From contig JAUCBJ010001385.1 in NCBI GenBank assembly GCA_032718475.1, positions 44,457 to 108,456 of the forward strand: DNA of 64,000 nt, read 5' to 3'. The notes under the pieces are model-generated. The model was not told the origin of the DNA and did not search any database. It saw nothing but the letters and a program-made list of their open reading frames with translations. This document shows, piece by piece, positions 25,976 through 39,925 of this stretch (positions are counted from its first letter, which is position 1; each line of letters opens with the position of its first letter). The stretch is from Nemertoderma westbladi (taxonomy: Eukaryota > Animalia > Xenacoelomorpha). Both the position numbers and the translations under genes were made by a program.

Positions 25976-26489
25976 CTTTTTTGCTATTTACAACAGTACT
26001 TGTATTGGTTTTTGGAAGGAAGTACATAAATTTAGATTTATTTTATAATAATTACTATGGAGTGTTTATCATCGTAATCTACGTATGTTGATATCAAATA
26101 CGTTTCATACCTTCTATGGAATTAGAAATCTATGAGAGGTCATCTGCTTACTTTAAATGATTACCGGGTACATCATTTATTGCGCATTTGACATCCTATA
26201 TTTATCCTACATATTTTTTTTATTTATCTTTTTTATTTATCTTTTTTATTTATCCATATCCTACATTTCATCTATGTAGAAGGCGTAAAAGTACCCAGAA
26301 AGACCCCCCCCCTGTTTGGTCCCATTTGCAACCCTAAAACTAAAAATAAACAAAAAATAAAAAATATCTTTGGCCATAAAAAAATTATCAAACTATATAT
26401 ACAAATTTACAAGCATATCAAAAATATTTAAATATAAACTGTATTGTATTGTGTTGAATTGTCTTGTATTGGACTAGACTACTGTAGCT

Positions 26490-27469
26490 CGGAGCATCAA
26501 GACCAATCGTGCCAGTGGAGTAGATGGAGTGCCCCCTGAGGTCTTTAAAATTCCTGAGTGTTTGGAGCTCATTCACCCCATTATTGTGGACATGTATAGG
26601 ACAAAGAGAAGCCCTCAAGAACTGAAAACAAATAAGTTGGTCCCAGCCCCAGAGAAGGGCAACCAAACAACCCGTGGAACTTTCGCGAATCTCGCTCTTC
26701 TCCATTGCTGCAATAAAGCTATACAATATAATTTTGTAAAATCGCATCAGGGATCCTGTTGAGAGACTCTGTTACGTGGGAACCAAAATGGATTCCATAA
26801 AGGCGTGGAACCCTGTAGCCAATTCTGGCACTTCGAAGGATATTCGAAGAGTTATCAATAAAGAATGACAGATTATTATTATGACAGAATGAAGGACTGG
26901 TTATTATCTTTGTTGACTTCTTTAAAGCCTTTGACTCAGTCTCCCGACCACGTATGTTGGGCACGTATGACCACGGTATGTTGACCACGTATGAGTTCAG
27001 TTCAGCATACAGGGTGCATGTGGGATTGATGAGGAATAAATTATTGCAGCTATCCGATCACTGTGACGATGGTTCCACCACATTTGTGTCTACTGCTGAT
27101 GGTGACACAGATCCATTCGAAATCTTATGGGGAGTTCTTCAGGGTGACACACTTGCACCATTCTTATTCGTGATTGCGCCTGGGGCGAGGTTGATTATGT
27201 TCTACGCATGCCCTTGCTTAGACCATCTAAATAAGGATGGGGGGTGATGGTAACACCCTGTACTAACTGGCACAAGAAGTAGAGGAAATCCAGCAAAGTT
27301 TCTTACTGATCTAGACTTTGCTGATGACTTAGGGGTACTGTCAGAACACTAGAGGGAGCCCAAAGACTCCTGTGCTCATTCCGGAGCAGGTTGCTTCTAG
27401 TGTTTGGTCTTTTTCGACTTCTGCTACTTTGGGATCATGGTTTCGAAAGTCTGGTGAAGAGCATCGGGT
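26490..27469 (+). mobile_element. Degenerate RTE-like LINE RT fragment
   Basis: GVDGVPPE, IFVDFFKAFDSV, GVLQGDTLAPFLF, DFADD. It resumes at ~28665 after an insertion. Confidence 0.85.
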
Positions 27470-28664
27470 CCCTAGACTAGCGACTTTACGAATCTGCCAA
27501 GATCTATACGGATCATGCTATGTGCTTGATTCATCTGCACTGATCATAATACATTGTAAATCTGCTACGATCATAGAATGATCATACAAAATCTTCTAAG
27601 AATTTACATATACAAAATATTGAAAAAATATTTATTTATTGGATGTATGGTTGCAATTTGTTAAATATCAAAACCATTTTTACATTAAAGATTATAATTA
27701 TTGTCTTGGAAAGTAACAACATGGCTATTATATCTGCTACGATCAGACTACGATCAGGATAAGATCAGGCCAGATAATGAGGCCAAATTTAAAAACCAAA
27801 ATTTAAAAACACCAGAGGCAGAGGCCAATGATTATTATTTTTTTGCCGTATTTGACCGACCAGAGTACTCTCTTTCATAGCATTTTACATAAGATTACAT
27901 ATCATACGAAGATCTTTTCTGATCTTATCATGATCATATCATGATAATATCAAGTTAGAAATTATCAACCAATAATTAATTATAAATTATCAATTAATAG
28001 GTATAGAAACAAAGAAATTTATAAATATACTTCAATATGAATTTTATCTAATATGGTGGCCAAGTAGAGTAATTATATTAATTTATATGAATCTAATATA
28101 AATTTATTGATATTAATGCAAAGTTAAATTGGCTTATCTTAAAACCAAATTGAAATTTGTTCTGCTTAAATATAATACCATTACCACACAATAGATATAC
28201 AGGTAGGGACAATAGGAAATGTTAGGCAGTTAGGTGTGTAGGTGTTAGTTGTACTGTACAGTAGGATATGTAGGTAAGATTTGTTAAGTTAGTTCTACAT
28301 CCCCCACCGTTCATATCCCCATAGTAACAATCCACAGTGCAAACAGAAGAATGCTTCAAATTGTGCTTACTACTAGGATCGGCATGCTGGATTGCAGCTG
28401 CATTTTTAAGAATGCTGTACCGGCTTTCAAATTTTGCTTAATTATTGACTGAGAACTATTAAGATCTTTGCAGAACTTTGTTATATATCATTTATTCTGC
28501 AAAGATCTGCACTGATCTTACTAATCTTACCAATCCTGCAAAGATCTGCACTGATCGTTACCAACCCTGCTAAGATCATAGAGCAAAGGTGCCAAGATCT
28601 TACCAAGACATATAAAGATCTTATGCTAAGATCAGTGCAGATTGGTGATGTTGCAAGTCTAGGG
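27470..28664. mobile_element. Non-autonomous DNA transposon (CCC..GGG termini, CACTA/EnSpm-like) nested in the LINE fragment
   Basis: Termini ccctagact / agtctaggg and many subterminal aagatc/gatctt repeats. The flanks rejoin to match the LINE sequence at ~18690-18730. Confidence 0.6.
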
Positions 28665-29438
28665 ATACTTAAGGGGATGGCATGGGCAGTCTATCTAGGA
28701 TTTAAATAGTTTGTCCAGGATTTGGTAGTACCATAGAATAAAAAGTACTCTTTATATGGGTGTTGCTTTCTATAGTATAATTAGTATTCATATTAATATT
28801 TTTTTATTAATCATAGGCCTACAGTTTATGCTCTTTCCCTTGTGTATTTACCCCATGTAGAGGTATATATATATATATAATTGGGGTTATTAGCTTTCAA
28901 TTAATCTGAATAGGATCGCTCAAACATAAGAACGGTACGCTTCCTCAAAGTCAAAACTAAACAAGTACTGAGTGAACTATGTAGGTTAACCAATATAGCC
29001 TACCAATAAGAGTGAGGGATAGATTTGAGTGAGGAGGGAAATTCAAAATCTAAAAATTAAAACAATTCCTACATTGTTTGTGCCATTTCGTCATTTTGCG
29101 AGTACCGGTACCGGTAGAGCAGTTTGTTAACTGCGTGTTTTGTTAAATTTAGATAAATCTCTACCAGTCAGTACACGAGTCTGGCTAGGCAATATACTGG
29201 GAACTGGATTGGATGCAGTTGGAGCAATATTGTAGTACAATTATTGCGGTATTTCACGGTTGTACTATAACTCTGTGATTTGCGATAGGATAGCGCAACA
29301 GTTGACCGGCAGTTAAAACGTACGTTACGGTATACAACCTGTCGCCATTCCGCCTGGTTCGTAGCGCCGTGGGCTACCTATTAATATTTTACTTCCTATT
29401 TTATTCGAACTGACGAAGGAAGAAACGAACAACTAAGA

Positions 29439-29480
29439 ATGACTGACCCCCTCATAATAGATGATTACAAGGATTTGCAG
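29439..29480 (+). CDS. WDR59: WD repeat protein 59 (GATOR2/SEA3), exon 1
   Basis: MTDPLIIDDYKDLQ|gtttgt, in frame with exon 2; corresponds to ..EFRDSQ of WDR59. Confidence 0.75.
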
Positions 29481-30873
29481 GTTTGTGGCCAATGTTTCAT
29501 TTGTTACTTTGTTGTTCTAAGTTGCTAGGCCAGTGTTCTGCCTGGGGCTGGGCTTCTGGCTCTCTCAGTCTGCCAAGGAGTTGGAGTTCCAATATCAGAA
29601 TATTATGTAATTTCAAGGTTCATTTATATTGATTTAGGGCAGCAGTGGAAGCAGTTCTTACATTTATGGCTTTCCAATGTCCATTCTGTACTGTAACTAC
29701 TCTCCGAATGACACATACACAAGAATACTACGTAGAGAATAAGCGTTGGTGGACAGCTCAGGATTGACGGACAGACTGGACGTGAAGATCTGGATAATCT
29801 TGCGTAGATCATGGGTGATGAGGGGTTGTTGATACAATTTTGTTGAAAAACAGACGCGGCATTCTGCATATCACTGTATCATTCAGTTACAATGACCATA
29901 TGCGGCTACCATTGAGCGTTGTCGGTATGGTCTAATACTAAAAAACACCGTATATGCTTTAGCGTACATGCTTGGCAAATTTCAATAACTATGCCCAACT
30001 AAGCTACTTAAGCAAACGCGAGCGCGGCGAGCGGACATTTTTAGGATTAGGCTTATTCTGTTATTGATGGGAAGACCTGAAAAGTTGTGTCGCCGAAATG
30101 CCGAATAAAAAAGATTCGGAAGAGATGATCAAAGAAAAATCAATATAAAATTATTAGATAGTTACCGGTGCGGTAGATGGATTTTGGTATTAATTTTATG
30201 TTTATAACCTGGTTCAAAGAAAATAAATTAATGAAAAAAATTATTTTGTTCGGTATATTTGTGTAACATATAACGTACTGTTAGTCTTTGTTTACTTCAT
30301 ACAGTCGCATTTGACCAAACATAATACAGTGGCAATGGGACTACCAGCCTATGCAGCTATGGAATTTCAACAATACAGTAGGTAAAAACGTGAGCCGAAC
30401 GAGCGGAAATTTTTTAACTGATGGAGAACTCGGATCAGAGACAGACACAGAAGCCCAGCTACATGGTTTTTGCATTTTGTGTTTGTGTTTATGTTTTCAA
30501 AAGTTCGCCCCATGCGGCCAAACGGCTGAAGCTGCGTGCCAGTATTTACTTTTCAAAGCATTTAAAACTGTTATTGTAGCCGTTGGTCTTAGTCAGTTAT
30601 TTGCAGATTAATCGTAATAACGTGGAGTAGTGCTCTGGTGGTTTACTTTCTGATTTGGTGGCATTAGTAAAATATATGACAAGAAATACAAAACTGGATA
30701 GAATCCATTATACCACCGTCATGTTGCAAATTATTGAGTTTAAATATTAATTCCTCAAAATAATTGAGTATCAGTTCCATTGATTGGTAATTATTATTAT
30801 ATTTTGCAGTTAATGACTTGCAATGTGTTTAGAATACTAGTAGTTATTACTTCAATTTCCAATATTGTTTCAG

Positions 30874-31065
30874 GCAACCCATATGGCTCTGGACTGCCTC
30901 GGTCACAGAGCAGTTCTGTGTTCTCGTAAAGATCTCCAACTCATAAACTTGGAAAAACCGCAAGAGGTTATGAAACGTCAGTTTCGGCCAGGAGGGGGGA
31001 AGTTTCCTGTTTCTGAAGTTCAGTGGAATCCGCATGCGGCCAGACGGAATATATTGGCTGTTGCA
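30874..31065 (+). CDS. WDR59: WDR59 exon 2
   Basis: ATHMALDCLGHRAVL..VQWNPH; tttcag| ... |gtaagt. Confidence 0.92.
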
Positions 31066-32170
31066 GTAAGTACAACCGAGTCCTTAACAGTGGCAGACGG
31101 AATGTATTGGGTATGACAGTAAGTACAACCGAGTCCTTAACAGTGGCAGGCGGAATGTATTGTGTATGGCAGTAACACCAGTAAGTACAACCGAGTCCTT
31201 AACAGTGTCAGACGGAATGTATTGGGTATGGCAGTAAGTAGAACCGAGTCCTTAACAGTGGCAGGCGGAATGTATTGTGTATGGCAGTAAGTAGAACCGA
31301 GTCCTTAACAGTGGCAGGCGGAATGTATTGTGTATGGCAGTAACACCAGTAAGTACAACCGAGTCCTTATTAGTGGCAGACGGAATGTATTGGGTATGGC
31401 AGTAAGTACAACCGAGTCCTTATTAGTGGCAGACGGAATGTATTGGGTATGGCAGTAAGTACAACCGAGTCCTTAACAGTGGCAGACGGAATGTATTGGG
31501 TATGGCAGTAAGTACAACCGAGTCCTTAACAGTGGCAGACGAAATGTATTGGGTATGGCAGTAAGTACAACCGAGTCCTTAACAGTGGCAGACGGAATGT
31601 ATTGTGTATGGCAGTAACACCAGTAAGTACAACCGAGTCCTTATTAGTGGCAGACGGAATGTATTGTGTATGGCAGTAACACCAGTAAGTACAACCGAGT
31701 CCTTATTAGTGGCAGACGGAATGTATTGGGTATGGCAGTAAGTACAACCGAGTCCTTATTAGTGGCAGACGGAATGTATTGGGTATGGCAGTAAGTACAA
31801 CCGAGTCCTTAACAGTGGCAGACGGAATGTATTGGGTATGGCAGTAAGTACAACCGAGTCCTTAACAGTGGCAGACGGAATGTATTGGGTATGGCAGTAA
31901 GTACAACCGAGTCCTTAACAGTGTCAGGTGGAATGTATTGGGTATGGCAGTAAGTAGAACCGAGTCCTTAACATTGGTAGACGGAATGTATTGTGTATGA
32001 CAGTAAGTATAATGGGCTCAGAACCGTAGCATGTGTGTGTATGGCAGTAATTATAATGGGCTCAGAACCGTAGCATATGGAATGTATTGGGAATGGCAGT
32101 AAGTTAAGTACAATGGACTCAGAGAACCGTTGCAGACGAAGTTTATTGAGTATGGCAGAAAGTAGAATGG
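31039..32170 (+). repeat. 53-bp tandem array (~18 good copies, then decaying) derived from the WDR59 exon 2 end plus donor
   Basis: Unit gtaagtacaaccgagtccttaacagtggcagacggaatgtattgggtatggca versus exon end gccagacggaatatattggctgttgca|gtaagt. Confidence 0.93.
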
Positions 32171-32294
32171 TCTCAGAACGATGGCAGGCGGAATGGAATA
32201 TAATGATAATGGTAGTTAGTTAGTATAATGTACTCAGAACCACGACAGAGGGAATGGTATTCACATATTACACGTTCGTGGGGACTTCGCGCAG

Positions 32295-32868
32295 CACGTA
32301 GTCGGCAAGCCTTGGCATACGGTTCATATAGAGCAAATGAGGCATGTCTAGTTTGGACCCCATATCCAATGCTATAAATGTATTCATTCGATATACAATC
32401 ATATGTTAATCCGCTAGGTGGTGTCAAATTGTTATTCTGCAATTTCGTACTTACCAGTGCAGCACTGTACAGCAGTACCGTACCGGTAGGCCTTTGTCAT
32501 TACTTCTGAGTCTCTAGCGGATCCCCAATTAAATGTCTTAACTTTTCAATTTCGTAAAAGATAGACTTCATGATTCTCTACAGGCCACCAAAATTTCAGC
32601 TCAGGAAAATAAGGCCTTCCCGAGAAATTTAACATTTTCTAAAAACCACATAATCTGTCGTAGCTGACGTCAGACTGCATGATTTTTCACCAAACTTTAC
32701 AAACTTTCTAAACTTTCTCTCTACTACTTACCTACTAAGTTTGGTTCAATTCCGAACCAGCGATGCCAAGAAATTCGCGTTCAAACATTTACCAGACAGA
32801 CAGACAGACAGACGGACATGCCCCATTTGCCCTATATGAACCGTATGCCAAGGCTCGCCGACTACGTG
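32295..32868. mobile_element. Inverted-repeat element with (caga)n-cggacatg, DINE/Helentron-like
   Basis: ~54-bp imperfect inverted repeat 32295-32348 / 32815-32868. It interrupts the decayed 53-bp-related repeats. Confidence 0.6.
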
Positions 32869-33186
32869 TCTCGCCCCACATAACCGTAGCATGTGAATGG
32901 CAGTAAGTATAATGTACTCAGATCCGTGGAACGCTTATGGCAGTAAGTATAAAGTACTCAGAACCGTGGCATGCTTATGGATGTACGTATAAAGTACTCA
33001 GATATCAATCATAGCTAGATAGCAATATCATAAAGATTTGTTTAAAATTTTTTGAGGGAGTGGTGTTCCTCACTGAATATTCCAGTTGTATTACAATTAC
33101 TTGCACCTCATTTTGTACCAACTGGCAACTGGTTTTAACTCGCAAGTTTTTAACTAATATTCAATTATTATCTTTTTCGTTTTCAG

Positions 33187-33403
33187 TCGAACCAACAGGT
33201 AGACGTTATGCGATGGGCTAGTAACGCCGATGTTTGCTGCAAGATAGCAGAGAGTCAGACTCTTAAGGGTCACACCCGTCATATTACCGACATTGATTGG
33301 AACCACGTTGATTCCAATGTGCTTGCTTCATGCAGCCTCGATTCATATCTGGTTGTTTGGGACGCCCATAATGGCAAGCAGTTGCTCTCACTAAGCGCCA
33401 TGG
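33187..33403 (+). CDS. WDR59: WDR59 exon 3
   Basis: SNQQVDV..TLKGHTRHITDIDW..LASCSLDSYLVVWD..LSAM; phase-1 donor G|gtaagt. Confidence 0.93.
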
Positions 33404-33639
33404 GTAAGTGTAAAACTTCTTGGCGCTGGTAGACATGAGACACGAACCGAAAGCTCTATAAAGTGTCAGAATCCCAACTATTACAAACTGTAGGTTGCCG
33501 CTTGAAATTGTCTAAACGTTTTGCATTAATAATGGTGGTTATGGAAGTCAAATAAAGCCTTTAATGTTATGGTACAGTATAGTGTATATTGACACTTAAA
33601 CGGAACCGCCTCCTATTTCCAGGACATTGACACTTCAAC

Positions 33640-33835
33640 GGAACCGCCTCCGCTTTGCAGGACTTTCGCCGTGAGGTCCATCCAGTGCATAATATTGTGC
33701 TTTGGCGGCCTCATAGCCGCATGGTGGGCAGCCCATATCTTTCTTGAGACGCATCTTAAAGGACACTGGCCTTGAAGATGCAGACGATCTAGCAAATGTT
33801 GTGGGTGATAAGGAGTTGTGGCGGCGCAATTTTGT
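33640..33835 (+). mobile_element. RTE-like LINE 3' fragment
   Basis: Close match to 19003-19205 (cgcctccgctttgcagga..cttaaaggacactggccttgaagatgc). Confidence 0.85.
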
Positions 33836-33925
33836 ACTGTATATCCAATAGTTTATCTATTGCCCCCCTCAAATGTTTAACTCCAGTGTCTAGCTAGGTA
33901 TATAAGTACATGGGTTTTTGTCTAG

Positions 33926-34131
33926 GTGGCGTATCTCAATGTAAATGGAACCGCCATAGTAGAGACGTTATCGCTACCTCTCACGATGGTAACATCCGTA
34001 TCTGGGATATCCGCGCTCCAAAATCCCCTCAGCATTATATCACTGGTCATCTGAGTAAAATATATTGGATTGATTGGGGGCCGTTCAGCGAGACAACGCT
34101 GGCTACATGCAGTCAGGATGCTACTGTTAAG
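33926..34131 (+). CDS. WDR59: WDR59 exon 4 (later exons not found in this window)
   Basis: GVSQCKWN..IATSHDGNIRIWDIR..HLSKIYWIDW..LATCSQDATVK|gtgagt. Confidence 0.94.
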
Positions 34132-37100
34132 GTGAGTATCTGATTGGTTGGCCCACAACGAGACAACGCTGGCTACATGCAGTCAGGATGCTACTGTTAA
34201 GGTGAGTATCTGATTGGTTGGCCCACAACGAGACAACGCTGGCTACATGCAGTCAGGATGCTACTGTTAAGGTGAGTATCTGATTGGTTGGCCCACAACG
34301 AGACAACGCTGGCTACATGCAGTCAGGATGCTACTGTTAAGGTGAGTATCTGATTGGTTGGCCCACAACGAGACAACGCTGGCTACATGCAGTCATGATG
34401 CTACTGTTAAGGTGAGTATCTGATTGGTTGGCCCACAACGAGACAACGCTGGCTACATGCAGTCAGGATGCTACTGTTAAGGTGAGTATCTGATTGGTTG
34501 GCCCACAACGAGACAACGCTGGCTACATGCAGTCATGATGCTACTGTTAAGATGAGTATCTGATTGGTTGGCCCACAACGAGACAACGCTGGCTACATGC
34601 AGTCATGATGATACTGTTAAGGTGTGTATCTGATTGGTTGGCCCACAACGAGACAACGCTGGCTACATGCAGTCAGGATGCTACTGTTAAGGTGAGTATC
34701 TGATTGGTTGGCCCACAACGAGACAACGCTGGCTACATTAGTCAGGATGCTACTATTGAGGTGAGTATGTGATTGGTTGGCCCACAACGAGACAACGCTG
34801 GCTACATGCAGTCAGGATGCTACTGTTAAGGTGTGTATCTGATTGGTTGGCCCACAACGAGACAACGCTGGCTACATTAGTCAGGATGCTACTATTGAGG
34901 TGAATATCTGATTGGTTGGCCCACAACGAGACAACGCTGGCTACATTAGTCAGGATGCTACTATTGAGGTGAGTATGTGATTGGTTGGCCCACAACGAGA
35001 CAACGCTGGCTACATCAGTCAGGATGCTACTGTTAAGGTGTGTATCTGATTGGTTGGCCCACAACGAGACAACGCTGGCTACATGCAGTCAGGATGCTAC
35101 TGTTAAGGTGTGTATCTGATTGGTTGGCCCACAACGAGACAACGCTGGCTACATGCAGTCAGGATGCTACTATTGAGGTGAATATCTGATTGGTTGGCCC
35201 ACAACGAGACAACGCTGGCTACATTAGTCAGGATGCTACTATTGAGGTGAGTATGTGATTGGTTGGCCCACAACGAGACAACGCTGGCTACATCAGTCAG
35301 GATGCTACTGTTAAGGTGTGTATCTGATTGGTTGGCCCACAACGAGACAACGCTGGCTACATGCAGTCATGATGCTACTGTTAAGGTGAGTATCTGATTG
35401 GTTGGCCCACAACGAGACAACGCTGGCTACATGCAGTCATGATGATACTGTTAAGGTGAGTATCTGATTGGTTGGCCCACAACGAGACAACGCTGGCTAC
35501 ATGCAGTCATGATGCTACTGTTAAGGTGAGTATCTGATTGGTTGGCCCACAACGAGACAACGCTGGCTACATGCAGTCATGATGATACTGTTAAGGTGTG
35601 TATCTGATTGGTTGGCCCACAACGAGACAGCGCTGGCTACATGCAGTCAGGAAGCTACTGTTAAGGTGAGTATCTGATTGGTTGGCCCACAACGAGACAA
35701 CGCTGGCTACATGCAGTCAGGATGCTACTGTTAAGGTGAGTATCTGATTGGTTGGCCCACAACAAGACAACGCTGGCTACATGCATTCAGGATGCTACTG
35801 TTAAGGTGAGTATCTGATTGGTTGGCTCACAACGAGACAACGCTGGCTACATGCAGTCAGGATGCTACTATTAAGGTGAGTATCTGATTGGTTGGCCCAC
35901 AACGAGACAACGCTGGCTACATGCAGTCAGGATGCTACTGTTAAGGTGAGTATCTGATTGGTTGGCCCACAACGAGACAACGCTGGCTACATAAGTCAGG
36001 ATGCTACTATTAAGGTGAGTATCTGATTGGTTGGCCCACAACGAGACAACGCTGGCTACATGCAGTCAGGATGCTACTGTTAAGGTGAGTATCTGATTGG
36101 TTGGCCCACAACGAGACAACGCTGGCTACATGCAGTCAGGATGCTACTGTTAAGGTGAGTATCTGATTGGTTCGCCCACAACGAGACAACGCTGGCTACA
36201 TGCAGTCAGGATGCTACTGTTAAGGTGAGTATCTGATTGGTTGGCCCACAACGAGACAACGCTGGCTACATGCAGTCAGGATGCTACTGGTAAGGTGAGT
36301 ATCTGATTGGTTGGCCCACAACGAGACAACGCTGGCTACATGCAGTCAGGATGCTACTGTTAAGGTGAGTATCTGATTGGTTGGCCCACAACGAGACAAC
36401 GCTGGCTACATGCAGTCAGGATGCTACTGTTAAGGTGAGTATCTGATTGGTTGGCCCACAACGAGACAACGCTGGCTACATGCAGTCAGGATGCTACTGG
36501 TAAGGTGAGTATCTGATTGGTTGGCCCACAACGAGACAACGCTGGCTACATGCAGTTAGGATGATACTGTTAAGGTGAGTATCTGATTGGTTGGCCCACA
36601 ACGAGACAACGCTGGCTACATGCAGTCAGGATGCTACTGTTAAGGTGAGTATCTGATTGGTTGGCCCACAACGAGACAACGCTGGCTACATGCAGTCAGG
36701 ATGCTACTGTTAAGGTGAGTATCTGATTGGTTGGCCCACAACGAGACAACGCTGGCTACATGCAGTCAGGATGCTACTGTTAAGGTGAGTATCTGATTGG
36801 TTGGCCCACAACGAGACAACGCTGGCTACATGCAGTCAGGATGCTACTGGTAAGGTGAGTATCTGATTGGTTGGCACACAACGAGACAACGCTGGCTACA
36901 TCAGTCAGGATGCTACTGTTAAGGTGAGTATCTGATTGGTTGGCCCACAACGAGACAACGCTGGCTACATGCAGTCAGGATGCTACTGTTAAGGTGAGTA
37001 TCTGATTGGTTGGCCCACAACGAGACAACGCTGGCTACATGCAGTCAGGATGCTACTGTTAAGGTGAGTATCTGATTGGTTGGCCCACAACGAGACAACG

Positions 37101-39925
37101 CTGGCTACATGCAGTCAGGATGCTACTGTTAAGGTGAGTATCTGATTGGTTGGCCCACAACGAGACAACGCTGGCTACATGCAGTCATGATGCTACTGGT
37201 AAGGTGAGTATCTGATTGGTTGGCCCACAACGAGACAACGCTGGCTACATGCAGTCAGGATGCTACTGTTAAGGTGAGTATCTGATTGGTTGGCCCACAA
37301 CGAGACAACGCTGGCTACATGCAGTCATGATGATACTGTTAAGGTGTGTATCTGATTGGTTGGCCCACAACTAGACAGCGCTGGCTACATTAGTCAGGAT
37401 GCTACTATTGAGGTGAGTATGTGATTGGTTGGCCCACAACGAGACAACGCTGGCTACATGCAGTCAGGATGCTACTGTTAAGGTGTGTATCTGATTGGTT
37501 GGCCCACAACGAGACAACGCTGGCTACATTAGTCAGGATGCTACTATTGAGGTGAATATCTGATTGGTTGGCCCACAACGAGACAACGCTGGCTACATTA
37601 GTCAGGATGCTACTATTGAGGTGAGTATGTGATTGGTTGGCCCACAACGAGACAACGCTGGCTACATCAGTCAGGATGCTACTGTTAAGGTGTGTATCTG
37701 ATTGGTTGGCCCACAACGAGACAACGCTGGCTACATGCAGTCAGGATGCTACTGTTAAGGTGTGTATCTGATTGGTTGGCCCACAACGAGACAACGCTGG
37801 CTACATGCAGTCAGGATGCTACTATTGAGGTGAATATCTGATTGGTTGGCCCACAACGAGACAACGCTGGCTACATTAGTCAGGATGCTACTATTGAGGT
37901 GAGTATGTGATTGGTTGGCCCACAACGAGACAACGCTGGCTACATCAGTCAGGATGCTACTGTTAAGGTGTGTATCTGATTGGTTGGCCCACAACGAGAC
38001 AACGCTGGCTACATGCAGTCATGATGCTACTGTTAAGGTGAGTATCTGATTGGTTGGCCCACAACGAGACAACGCTGGCTACATCAGTCAGGATGCTACT
38101 GTTAAGGTGTGTATCTGATTGGTTGGCCCACAACGAGACAACGCTGGCTACATGCAGTCATGATGCTACTGTTAAGGTGAGTATCTGATTGGTTGGCCCA
38201 CAACGAGACAACGCTGGCTACATGCAGTCATGATGATACTGTTAAGGTGTGTATCTGATTGGTTGGCCCACAACGAGACAGCGCTGGCTACATGCAGTCA
38301 GGAAGCTACTGTTAAGGTGAGTATCTGATTGGTTGGCCCACAACGAGACAACGCTGGCTACATGCAGTCAGGATGCTACTGTTAAGGTGAGTATCTGATT
38401 GGTTGGCCCACAACAAGACAACGCTGGCTACATGCATTCAGGATGCTACTGTTAAGGTGAGTATCTGATTGGTTGGCTCACAACGAGACAACGCTGGCTA
38501 CATGCAGTCAGGATGCTACTATTAAGGTGAGTATCTTATTGGTTGGCCCACAACGAGACAACGCTGGCTACATGCAGTCAGGATGCTACTGTTAAGGTGA
38601 GTATCTGATTGGTTGGCCCACAACGAGACAACGCTGGCTACATAAGTCAGGATGCTACTATTAAGGTGAGTATCTGATTGGTTGGCCCACAACGAGACAA
38701 CGCTGGCTACATGCAGTCAGGATGCTACTGTTAAGGTGAGTATCTGATTGGTTGGCCCACAACGAGACAACGCTGGCTACATGCAGTCAGGATGCTACTG
38801 TTAAGGTGAGTATCTGATTGGTTCGCCCACAACGAGACAACGCTGGCTACATGCAGTCAGGATGCTACTGGTAAGGTGAGTATCGGATTGGTTGGCCCAC
38901 AACGAGACAACGCTGGCTACATGCAGTCAGGATGCTACTGTTGAGGTGAATATCTGATTGGTTGGCCCACAACGAGACAACGCTGGCTACATGCAGTCAG
39001 GATGCTACTGTTAAGGTTAGTATCTGATTGGTTGGCCCACAACGAGACAACGCTGGCTACATGCAGTCAGGATGCTACTGTTAAGGTGAGTATCTGATTG
39101 GTTGGCCCACAACGAGACAACGCTGGCTACATGCAGTCAGGATGCTACTGGTAAGGTGAGTATCTTATTGGTTGGCCCACAACGAGACAACGCTGGCTAC
39201 ATGCAGTCAGGATGCTACTGTTAAGGTGAGTATCTGATTGGTTGGCCCACAACGAGACAACGCTGGCTACATAAGTCAGGATGCTACTATTAAGGTGAGT
39301 ATCTGATTGGTTGGCCCACAACGAGACAACGCTGGCTACATGCAGTCAGGATGCTACTGTTAAGGTGAGTATCTGATTGGTTGGCCCACAACGAGACAAC
39401 GCTGGCTACATGCAGTCAGGATGCTACTGTTAAGGTGAGTATCTGATTGGTTCGCCCACAACGAGACAACGCTGGCTACATGCAGTCAGGATGCTACTGG
39501 TAAGGTGAGTATCTGATTGGTTGGCCCACAACGAGACAACGCTGGCTACATGCAGTCAGGATGCTACTGTTGAGGTGAATATCTGATTGGTTGGCCCACA
39601 ACGAGACAACGCTGGCTACATGCAGTCAGGATGCTACTGTTAAGGTGAGTATCTGATTGGTTGGCCCACAACGAGACAACGCTGGCTACATGCAGTCAGG
39701 ATGCTACTGTTAAGGTGAGTATCTGATTGGTTGGCCCACAACGAGACAACGCTGGCTACATGCAGTCAGGATGCTACTGGTAAGGTGAGTATCTGATTGG
39801 TTGGCACACAACGAGACAACGCTGGCTACATCAGTCAGGATGCTTCTACAGTATTAAGGTGAGTATCTGATTGGTTGGCCCAAAACGAGACAACGCTGGC
39901 TACATGCAGTGAGGATGGTACTGTT
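34089..39925 (+). repeat. 70-bp tandem array, ~83 copies, made of the WDR59 exon 4 end plus 5' splice site
   Basis: Unit cgagacaacgctggctacatgcagtcaggatgctactgttaag|gtgagtatctgattggttggcccacaa. The first copy is the real exon end. Confidence 0.97.
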
